DNA of 64,000 bases from a virus: IMG/VR virus record IMGVR_UViG_3300045988_081755; one strand, written 5' to 3'. The position numbers were made by a program, and so were the translations under genes. Positions 9,546 to 17,083 of this stretch are shown one piece after another (position 1 is the first letter of the stretch; each line of letters opens with the position of its first letter). The notes beneath the pieces were generated by a model. The model was not told where the DNA came from and made no database searches. It saw nothing but the letters and a program-made list of their open reading frames with translations.

Positions 9546-10256
9546 CTAAATCGTTTCTATTTGTAGTTCAACATCCAACTTCCCGCTGTAATAAGCGTCA
9601 AACAGAGCCGTTCCGTTCAGTCTGTCGAACAGTTCTTCTTCGGTCGCATAGTAACAGTCTCCTAAGAGAAGGATGTCTCCCATCTTATTCAATTCTTCAT
9701 ACCTTTCAGTCTTCTCAATAAACACAACATCAGAACCCTCATGGTGGAACCAGCTGAACCCCTCAAGAGGCTCATCCTGAACGAACTTATCCTGGGTCTT
9801 GTAATTTGCCAACGCATCCGCACAGGCATTACCAAACACCAATGGGTCATTCAAGTCTTTCCCGTGTCCATTTATCCATGATATACCAAACAACATCTTT
9901 CGACGGCTGTCAATCTCCCGTACAATTTCTTTCCACAGTTCAGCGTTCTTCACGCCAACCCAACCACACATTCGCCATTTTGAAATGGAACCATCCTTGA
10001 ATGAATTGACTACGAATTGACTGTCAGACACGATATGAACCTTTGTCCATACATCGGGGTCTATCATCTGAACTGCTGCCAATAAGGCTTTCATCTCCAT
10101 TCGTGATGTTGTCGTGTTCCAAAAGCCTCTGCGCAAATGGATTTCCTTACCACCTGTTAGGCAGTACACACCAAATCCTCCTGGCTTTAATGCTCCTTTA
10201 ACATTACAGCTCCCATCGGTGAATATCTGTATATTTATCCGCTCTTTTGGAACCAT
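9546..10256 (-). CDS. rnhA: RNase HI with a ~85-aa C-terminal extension
   Basis: FTDGSC..GGFG, EMKAL, VSDSQ and NGHGK..GNACADALA match the RNase H D-E-D-H-D pattern. Confidence 0.8.
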   Translation of the reverse strand: MVPKERINIQIFTDGSCNVKGALKPGGFGVYCLTGGKEIHLRRGFWNTTTSRMEMKALLAAVQMIDPDVWTKVHIVSDSQFVVNSFKDGSISKWRMCGWVGVKNAELWKEIVREIDSRRKMLFGISWINGHGKDLNDPLVFGNACADALANYKTQDKFVQDEPLEGFSWFHHEGSDVVFIEKTERYEELNKMGDILLLGDCYYATEEELFDRLNGTALFDAYYSGKLDVELQIETI

Positions 10257-10260
10257 AATT

Positions 10261-10431
10261 CTACTGAGCCTTTCGTATCTTTAGACCGTGAATGGTCGCC
10301 CAACCTTGTAACCGAAGAGCGTCCTCTACTTTTGCTTCACTCTCAGCCATTACGACAGTGGCTTGCTGCTTGATTTGACCTTTACGTTCCTTTGTGCCAA
10401 AGAACTTAACTTTGAATTGAATTTTGTCCAT
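10261..10431 (-). CDS. small hypothetical ORF (56 aa) below the ORF-track cutoff
   Basis: My own translation of the only sizeable gap here gives ATG..TAG, MDKIQFKVKFFGTKERKGQIKQQATVVMAESEAKVEDALRLQGWATIHGLKIRKAQ. It has the same orientation as its neighbours. Confidence 0.3.
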   Translation of the reverse strand: MDKIQFKVKFFGTKERKGQIKQQATVVMAESEAKVEDALRLQGWATIHGLKIRKAQ

Positions 10432-10488
10432 TTTTATCACTAAATTTTTGATTTACATACATAACGGTCTCGCTCCTGCTCAGGTTCG

Positions 10489-12147
10489 TCATTTCGAATG
10501 TTTTTGAAGGAATTTTCTTGCCAACAGTTCATTCTCGTTCAACCCCCTGTTCACCACACCTGTTATCAGGCTCTTATCCTTTACGGTTTCTCTCATTTCA
10601 ACGTCTATCGTTTCGGGGGATAATAGGTAAGTAATATTTATGCTATTCTTTTGACCCATTCGCTCAAGACGGCTGTTCGTTTGTTCCAAGTCCGTTGATT
10701 TGTCAGGCAACTCAATATAGAAGAGATTACTACAATTCTCCTGAAGACCGTCCGTACCTGTACCAGCCGACTGAATGTTAGCGAAGAGCAAGCGATGCTT
10801 CTTTTCGGAGAACTCATTCACAATTTGTTGCTTCTTCTCTGATGAAACTCCACCCTGTATTACGGGTGCTTTAAAGAACTTCGCCAGCTCCTGAAGCGGT
10901 TCACGGTGTACACCAAACACGACAAGTGATTCCTCTTCATTCGCCTCTAACCAATCCTTGATATACGATTGTACGAACGCCAACTTCCCTTTAATTGACA
11001 GCGTCTTGAGCGTGTTAATCATTACAAGGTGTGGAGCGTTCACTGCACTGTTTGCTTTCTCCAAGTCTATTTTCTCAAGATAGGCTATCAGGTCAGACTC
11101 GGCTCGCCTGTACTCTTTTGCGTTGGTTATAGGAACATCAACTGTTTGCTCAACCAACGGTGGAAGCTCGGTGAGGACGTCTCGCTTATTTCGTCTAATA
11201 TAACCTCCCATCCGCAACAGTTCATGGAGTTCCTCAAGATTACTGAACCCACTGAAGTCGAAGCCGTATGCCGTTTGCTTCGCATTGCAATACCTGTACT
11301 TAAAGTCGAGGTCGGCTCCGAATATATCCTCGAACCGTCTAATTATCTTGAATGGCTGAATCAGGTCTGATGGCTTATTCTGGGTCAATGTACCTGTCAA
11401 TCCCCATACGTGTTGAATTCGTTTGGCAATCTTCTTTGCCATCTTTGTACGAAGAGCCTTTTCACTCTTCAAAAAGTGTATCTCATCCATAGCACAGGAC
11501 GCCCAATACTTCCGCAACAGCTCCTTGAACTTTGCGGTCGGCTTCTCCATGTTACGTTCTCCGAGCACATCATAGTTGATGATGACAACATCGTTGTTCC
11601 ACACTTCGGGGTCAAACTTTCGTTTGCGCTCAATCACACCTATCTTTCGGTCGGGGTTCCATTTCCCCCACTCCTTCTTCCAGTTGTACTTCACAGACGC
11701 TGGAGTAATAATTAGAGCCGGAAACGCATCCATTAATTCTATGATGATAATCGTTTGAGCCGTCTTCCCCAAACCACAGTCGTCCCCATTGATACAGTTC
11801 CCATGATTAATCATATACGCAACCCCCTCACACTGGTAGGAGCGAGGCACACGTTTCAGCCCAATCTCCTTACAGGCTTGAGCCACTTCCTCTGGGGTTA
11901 TCACTTCCGGAGGCTCTTGGTAGGCTATAACGTTCGGAGAGGGAACGTAGTTCATTCCCTCTTTAAATCCGTTCGCTTCCAGCCACTTCTTCAACGGAGC
12001 CAATGTCGTTAATTGAATTGGGACGTACCATTCCCTGTTCTGAGGATTGTATCCCGCACCAGCAAACTTCTTTACAGCCGTCACCAATGCTGGGTCATAC
12101 CTAAACCCGACGTAAATATAATTTCCGTCACTGTACCAATATCTCAT
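10489..12147 (-). CDS. SNF2-family helicase with an N-terminal HARP-like domain (SMARCAL1-like annealing helicase)
   Basis: DDCGLGKTAQT, MDEIHFLK, LTGTLTQNK and SAGTGTDGLQ. The N-terminus reads MRYWYSDGNYIYVGFRYDPALV..REWYVP. The start is moved to Met45 because the upstream 44 codons overlap the homing endonuclease remnant. Confidence 0.8.
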   Translation of the reverse strand: MRYWYSDGNYIYVGFRYDPALVTAVKKFAGAGYNPQNREWYVPIQLTTLAPLKKWLEANGFKEGMNYVPSPNVIAYQEPPEVITPEEVAQACKEIGLKRVPRSYQCEGVAYMINHGNCINGDDCGLGKTAQTIIIIELMDAFPALIITPASVKYNWKKEWGKWNPDRKIGVIERKRKFDPEVWNNDVVIINYDVLGERNMEKPTAKFKELLRKYWASCAMDEIHFLKSEKALRTKMAKKIAKRIQHVWGLTGTLTQNKPSDLIQPFKIIRRFEDIFGADLDFKYRYCNAKQTAYGFDFSGFSNLEELHELLRMGGYIRRNKRDVLTELPPLVEQTVDVPITNAKEYRRAESDLIAYLEKIDLEKANSAVNAPHLVMINTLKTLSIKGKLAFVQSYIKDWLEANEEESLVVFGVHREPLQELAKFFKAPVIQGGVSSEKKQQIVNEFSEKKHRLLFANIQSAGTGTDGLQENCSNLFYIELPDKSTDLEQTNSRLERMGQKNSINITYLLSPETIDVEMRETVKDKSLITGVVNRGLNENELLARKFLQKHSK

Positions 12148-12390
12148 AATTTTTTCTCCTTTTCGCTTCAGACATTTTTCTTCGAGCCTCTTCTGAATGC
12201 TTCTTTCCAAAGAAATGATTTCTCTTTCCACGATGTGCTTCTGAAAGTTTATCTTTCCACTCTTTTGAAAAATTTCCACGTTTTACACCTGTCTTCGTCT
12301 TGCTAATTTTCTTGCGGTGTTCTTCAGAAAGAGTCTTTCCACGTAATGCACCAACATGCCCTAAATTAGCTTTCGAAATCTTTCTTTTTT
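12128..12390 (-). pseudogene. out-of-frame C-terminal portion of the GIY-YIG endonuclease (NUMOD3 repeats)
   Basis: The +1 frame after the A-rich run at 12380..12390 reads KISKANLGHVGALRGKTLSEEHRKKISKTKTG..GKKHSEEARRKMSEAKRRKNYEILVQ*. This continues the NUMOD3 pattern of the upstream ORF. Confidence 0.6.
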
Positions 12391-12875
12391 ACTTCTTCGG
12401 AATGATGTTTCCCTTTCATAGCGCATTCCCTTCCCATATTAGATTGAGAAATTTTCCTCTTTGTTTCGTCAGTGTGCTTCATCCCCCAATATTTAGACAA
12501 ACGAACTTTTGCAGCTTGTCTTGCTTTTTCTCGACGTTCTTCTGTCCATACACTTCCAACCACACCCTCACCACCATCAGTGGAATTATAACCATACTTC
12601 TTTGTTTGAAGTCTTCTAATAAGCCGTTCCTCAATGAAACAAAGTTTGGCTTTAAGAATCCGTCTATTTGGTGCTGTTATTTGAATCACCTCTTCAATCG
12701 TAAAGTTCTCCTCACCATACTTTCTGATAGCCGAATATAGCCTAAAAGGAACCCCACGTCTCGAAGCCTGTTTATGCTCCTTAAATCGTTTTTCAATCGA
12801 CTTCACTGTCTGACCAATGTACATCTTTCCATTGACCAGACAAGTAACGCAATATATGTATCCTTCAATCGTCAT
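12366..12875 (-). CDS. GIY-YIG homing endonuclease, N-terminal part (truncated by a frameshift)
   Basis: GYIYCVTCLVNGKMYIGQT, RFKEH, YGEENF and GYNSTDGGEG. The ORF ends inside a NUMOD3 repeat (GKHHSEEVKKK|DFES*). Confidence 0.8.
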   Translation of the reverse strand: MTIEGYIYCVTCLVNGKMYIGQTVKSIEKRFKEHKQASRRGVPFRLYSAIRKYGEENFTIEEVIQITAPNRRILKAKLCFIEERLIRRLQTKKYGYNSTDGGEGVVGSVWTEERREKARQAAKVRLSKYWGMKHTDETKRKISQSNMGRECAMKGKHHSEEVKKKDFES

Positions 12876-14839
12876 TTTATCATATCTTCAAAATCTTTTC
12901 TCGAAATTATTTTAATTCCATATTCTGACGCTTTTTTCATTTTAGATGACGAACTATTCATGTCGGCTGTTACCAACAGATATAAATCTTTTGATACTCC
13001 GTTTGATACCGTATATCCAAACTGAGGAAGCATCTTTTCAAGTTCTTTATCCCGAAAGCCTGTTAAACATACCTTTTTGAATCCCCCTTCCGGAATTTCA
13101 ACTTTCGGGGACTGAACATAAGTAATAACGATTCTTTTGTCCTTTCCCCTCGACAGATACGTTTTTAGACCCTTTACGAACGTCAAAGCCAGCACGTCAC
13201 CTATTCCCGGAATGAGTTCACATTCGTGCTTTAGAGCGACCGCAGACTCCGCTGTGAGCGCATAACTGTTTGGGTCACGCAACCTCTCAACGGTTTCCCC
13301 ATTCAAGCCGTCCAAAATCTTTTGACAGGTTGCTTCGGCTATCTTTCCATCAAACACGTTAATGGCAGTTAGGTAACGAGCAAGCGGTACACCAGCAAGA
13401 ACCTTTTCAATCTGGCTGAAAACTGTCTTCCCTTTAGACTTTCCTAACAGGTTCTGAAATTCTGATACGTGCGACTCAAGAATTGTATCTATTGTCTTAT
13501 AGCCATGTCCATACAAACGACGTATCGTAGGCTCTTCAAACTGTTCGCAACCCATCGTGCGGAAGAAATACACCATACCAGAGATTACTCTTTCCCTGCA
13601 CGACTCATTTGAGCAAACAAGGTCGACGTGCGTTTCGTTCCATTTAAGCGGTTCACCACAGGACGGACAGATAACAAGGTCGTCCATCATATCGGTGTAC
13701 GCATTCTCATTATATTCGATGGTCTTCAAATGTTTAGGGATAACGTCTCCACCACGTGTAACCTCAATGAACGCTCCTTCGCAAATATGTTGGTCAATCA
13801 GGTAGGCAGCATTATACGCTGTGGCTCGTGATACGGTTGCTCCGTTTATCTCAACTGGTTCAATGATGATTACAGGGTTCAAAACACCTGTCTTCCCAAC
13901 CCCCTTTTCAATGCTGATGACCTTTGTCTGGTACACATCGCACCATTCGTCTTTCTTGAACGCAATCGCATAGGCTGGATTTCCATTAGGAAGTCTTCCT
14001 AACTGTTCCCGAACCTCGTATTCGTCAACCTCAATGACCACGCCATCAATCTTGTATTCAGCGTCAAACCTGTCATGAAGTTCCTCGTCAAGCAACATAT
14101 TCATTTCCTCATCATCAAGTTCGAGGATTTCCTCTATATAGAACCCAACGAATGGGGTAACGTTGTGGTACAGGCTCTTCAGCTTATTCAACATCGTTGA
14201 TTTGCCCTCTTCCATATCCGAGCCGTATCTTACGAAGTCCACATTGGTCATGAAGCGGTTCTTCCAACCATCAGCCGAATTGAACAGTCCGGCAACCATA
14301 TTGCGTGCATTCTTATAGGTGAAGTCAGCTTGGCTGTCCTTGAGGTGGGCGAACGTTTTCTTCTTCATGATAGCCTCTCCCCACGTGTGTATCAACTGTG
14401 GTTCCGGCTCCTGCTGTTCACCATTGAACATCTTCTCGAAGTGTTTATCGCTTACCTGTCCTTCAACACCGTCCCCACGTGTCCAGGCTCTCTTTTCATC
14501 CTCATCTACGACAAGACTTATGCCGTCAAATTTAGGTGTGGCGACAATTTCCTTACAGCCTGCATTGACCATCTTTTGAAGCCACTTGCGGAAATCCTTT
14601 ACCGTCTTTATCTTCTCAAGACTATACATGGGAACAGGGAGCTCTTCCATACGGTCAGTCGCTTCCTCTACAATACCTTTCTTGAAGAACTCATCCTCCG
14701 GACTGTTCTCCCTGAGAGTTTCGACCATGTGGTCATACTCAATATCTGACACTTGAGGATTGCCCTCGCGATAAGCCTTATTCAGAGCGATAAGTTCTTC
14801 TCTCAGGCTGTTAATCTTTTCTTGTTTCATCTTTGCCAT
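12872..14839 (-). CDS. ligA: NAD-dependent DNA ligase
   Basis: 655 aa. Adenylation-site Lys in EYKIDGV, a Zn finger CPSCGEPL..CSNESC, and a C-terminal BRCT-like region, collinear with LigA. Confidence 0.92.
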   Translation of the reverse strand: MAKMKQEKINSLREELIALNKAYREGNPQVSDIEYDHMVETLRENSPEDEFFKKGIVEEATDRMEELPVPMYSLEKIKTVKDFRKWLQKMVNAGCKEIVATPKFDGISLVVDEDEKRAWTRGDGVEGQVSDKHFEKMFNGEQQEPEPQLIHTWGEAIMKKKTFAHLKDSQADFTYKNARNMVAGLFNSADGWKNRFMTNVDFVRYGSDMEEGKSTMLNKLKSLYHNVTPFVGFYIEEILELDDEEMNMLLDEELHDRFDAEYKIDGVVIEVDEYEVREQLGRLPNGNPAYAIAFKKDEWCDVYQTKVISIEKGVGKTGVLNPVIIIEPVEINGATVSRATAYNAAYLIDQHICEGAFIEVTRGGDVIPKHLKTIEYNENAYTDMMDDLVICPSCGEPLKWNETHVDLVCSNESCRERVISGMVYFFRTMGCEQFEEPTIRRLYGHGYKTIDTILESHVSEFQNLLGKSKGKTVFSQIEKVLAGVPLARYLTAINVFDGKIAEATCQKILDGLNGETVERLRDPNSYALTAESAVALKHECELIPGIGDVLALTFVKGLKTYLSRGKDKRIVITYVQSPKVEIPEGGFKKVCLTGFRDKELEKMLPQFGYTVSNGVSKDLYLLVTADMNSSSSKMKKASEYGIKIISRKDFEDMIK

Positions 14840-14850
14840 AACGAAATTAT

Positions 14851-15096
14851 TTAGTTTCTTGATTCTTTTGACAGTTTTTCAATCTTACTGATAGTCTTAT
14901 TGCCAACTTTAAACGTGTGAACACTATACAGAAGATTTTCTTCTTCCTCGTCCCATACCCAATACATAGAAGAATGATTATTGTGTTTCATCAATTCTTT
15001 ACCTTGTCTTCTTGCGATACGAGCAGCCTCTCTTGCTGATGTTGTTTCAACTGTTATTGTATCGCCTCCGTTGTACTGAATATTGAACTTTTTCAT
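14851..15096 (-). CDS. hypothetical protein
   Basis: 81-aa ORF, the first gene downstream of a strong promoter-like element. Confidence 0.45.
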   Translation of the reverse strand: MKKFNIQYNGGDTITVETTSAREAARIARRQGKELMKHNNHSSMYWVWDEEEENLLYSVHTFKVGNKTISKIEKLSKESRN

Positions 15097-15120
15097 GACC
15101 TTTGATTTTAATTGACACTA

Positions 15121-15174
15121 CAAAGGTAATGGATTCTCATGAGATTCCAAAGACTTTTCCCCCGAAAATCTTCA
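15121..15174 (-). promoter_or_regulatory. Bacteroidota-type promoter with a conserved upstream element (site A)
   Basis: Minus strand reads TGAAGATTTTCGGGGGAAAAGTC-TTTG-N19-TACCTTTGTAG. TTTG and TAnnTTTG have the canonical 19-nt spacing. Confidence 0.6.
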
Positions 15175-15211
15175 AAAGGCTGAAGAAATATTTCTATCTC
15201 CCCAGCCTTTT
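15174..15211 (-). terminator. weak hairpin or terminator candidate after the 15238..15852 gene
   Basis: AAAAGGCTG-N20-CAGCCTTTT followed by GAAGATTTT. The loop is large, so support is weak. Confidence 0.3.
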
Positions 15212-15237
15212 AACGTTAATTCGATGATTTTCGCCTT

Positions 15238-15852
15238 TTATTCTTCCATCATATTGTGGTAAAGTTCGAGTCGGATTTTAGCATACGCTGCTTCAACGTT
15301 GGTGAAGGCACGCTGGTTGTTCACCCCCTTGTCATTATATATTTCCGACTCGACTACCTTTGCCACCTGTTCAACCCATTTCGGATTGGTATAGGATGAT
15401 AATTTCTTTCCTCTGAATGTAAAGCAGTCAAACTTTGAATTTCGGTCTTCATGAAGATTGGTTAGGAGCTGTCGTATCTTCTTCGACGTGGCTTCCTTAT
15501 CCGAGATATGATTCTCCTCACAAACCCTCTTAATAATCCGACACACCCTTTCAACCGCCAAGTCAAATGCCATATTCGTGACAGTCTTGATTCGCATCTG
15601 GGTTTCGGGAACGAGTCCCTCGGATATGTTACTGAGCTGAATGTTTTGGTTCCGTGTTTCAGTCAGGAGTTCTTTAAAGGTTTCCCTCTGTGCGCTCATG
15701 GTGTCATTGATAACTTTCATGAACCAACGAAAGAACGTTACCCACATCAATGCTGACAGCACCAAAAAGAATCCGGCAGTAACCGCCATCATCCCTAAAT
15801 CTCCAATTCCTTTTCCCGCTTCCAACGCAGGATTGATTACTTCTGTACCCAT
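15238..15852 (-). CDS. membrane protein (one N-terminal TM helix); remote BhlA/holin-like N-terminus possible
   Basis: A hydrophobic helix MMAVTAGFFLVLSALMWVTFFRWF is followed by a polar helical region. Confidence 0.45.
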   Translation of the reverse strand: MGTEVINPALEAGKGIGDLGMMAVTAGFFLVLSALMWVTFFRWFMKVINDTMSAQRETFKELLTETRNQNIQLSNISEGLVPETQMRIKTVTNMAFDLAVERVCRIIKRVCEENHISDKEATSKKIRQLLTNLHEDRNSKFDCFTFRGKKLSSYTNPKWVEQVAKVVESEIYNDKGVNNQRAFTNVEAAYAKIRLELYHNMMEE

Positions 15853-15901
15853 TGTTTCTTCTTATTTTTCGTTTAAATTCCTTTGGTTAATTACTTTGGT
15901 A

Positions 15902-15909
15902 CAAAAATA
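15902..15909 (-). promoter_or_regulatory. -7 box TATTTTTG with an ATTCGAAT palindrome 8 nt upstream
   Basis: Minus strand reads ATTCGAATAGATTTATTATTTTTGTACC, in the gap before the 15852 start. Confidence 0.35.
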
Positions 15910-15930
15910 ATAAATCTATTCGAATCTCTC

Positions 15931-16263
15931 CTAACCGTTATTCAGCGTCACTTTGGTCAACCAAAGATAATTATCCGTTCCAAACTTGAAATCCTCCTTA
16001 TGAATTGACTGACAACGCTCCAAAAGACGCTGTTCTGTCATCCCTTGAGCGAAGTTGTGCCCAACATTGGCGAGGATTGTTGTGATGTCCTGTGCGTCCC
16101 GAACTTCATTGTATCGGCATTCACGGGTCTTCAACCTTACTTCCCGAGCCAAATAAGCTCTATATTCACCCAACACCTCGAGAACTAAGATGTTACATTC
16201 ACAGTTCATGACCAACCCCTTACAGGCATCCATGAATTCTTTCTTAGAAGCATCATTTTCCAT
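15931..16263 (-). CDS. hypothetical protein
   Basis: 110-aa ORF in the operon. No motif recognised. Confidence 0.45.
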   Translation of the reverse strand: MENDASKKEFMDACKGLVMNCECNILVLEVLGEYRAYLAREVRLKTRECRYNEVRDAQDITTILANVGHNFAQGMTEQRLLERCQSIHKEDFKFGTDNYLWLTKVTLNNG

Positions 16264-16585
16264 AACCTATCATTTTTTCAATTGCATTCTTTTTACGTTG
16301 TTCTTTCTCATCAGCAGCACCTCGCTTCAAGTCCTTATCAAACCGTTGGCGAAGTATCTCCTTCTTTTTGTCGTCAGGCTGTCCCTTAAATACTCCAACG
16401 GAAAATACTGGTATCTTAGAGTCTTCTTCCGCAAAAACCATTGTTTGACCGCATACGGGACATTTAGGGGGTGTGCCCATAAATTCAGGAATCATCTTCT
16501 TTAATTCCTTGTCGTACTTCATACGATAGGGTGCAAGAATTTTTTGATTCTCACACCCATCCGGACATATTACTACAAATCTCAT
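16253..16585 (-). CDS. hypothetical Zn-ribbon protein
   Basis: CPDGC..(36 aa)..CPVCG cysteine pairs and a Lys-rich C-terminal half. Confidence 0.45.
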   Translation of the reverse strand: MRFVVICPDGCENQKILAPYRMKYDKELKKMIPEFMGTPPKCPVCGQTMVFAEEDSKIPVFSVGVFKGQPDDKKKEILRQRFDKDLKRGAADEKEQRKKNAIEKMIGYGK

Positions 16586-17079
16586 AAGTAATGCCTCCTT
16601 CCATATTCAGCTATCAAAAGACTGTCTGTCAAGTTATCATCAGGCTTGGTGCAGTTAGGTGTCCTGCGCAAATCCTGTCGTGGGAACAGCCGTTTGGCGG
16701 CAAGAACCGACATGACTTTCTTGTCAGGATTCGCCTTAATTCCCTCGTACATTTCTTTCTGCCACTTCTTCGGAGTCACCAATACAATACGCAAACCGCA
16801 CATGATGAACCCCATTCGTATAGCGAAACACACCCCACCAAAGGTGAAAGTGGCTCCGGCTGCTGAACGAGGTAAAGCATGAACATCCTCTATCACGACA
16901 ACCGTATTATTCGGGTCGCAATCTTCTGATACCTTTATAATCAATTCTGACAGTTCATGCAAGTCAAGTTCCTTCCCCACTTTCGGCATCGGGTAATGGG
17001 TCACCCCCTTACTATTCATGACAGTGAAGAACCCCTGTTTTCCTGGGTCGACTCCTATAACTGTTTGATTCTGTTTCAT
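16582..17079 (-). CDS. ruvC: RuvC-like Holliday junction resolvase
   Basis: VIGVDPGKQG, VVVIEDVH and DDNLTDSLLIAEYG acidic motifs in the RuvC order. Confidence 0.7.
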   Translation of the reverse strand: MKQNQTVIGVDPGKQGFFTVMNSKGVTHYPMPKVGKELDLHELSELIIKVSEDCDPNNTVVVIEDVHALPRSAAGATFTFGGVCFAIRMGFIMCGLRIVLVTPKKWQKEMYEGIKANPDKKVMSVLAAKRLFPRQDLRRTPNCTKPDDNLTDSLLIAEYGRRHYL

Positions 17080-17083
17080 ATCT

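Noticed and set aside
12148-12279. 44-codon N-terminal extension of the SNF2 helicase ORF as given in the track.
   Set aside because: This stretch overlaps, in another frame, sequence that clearly encodes NUMOD3 repeats of the frameshifted homing endonuclease. The helicase HARP-like domain begins at Met45.
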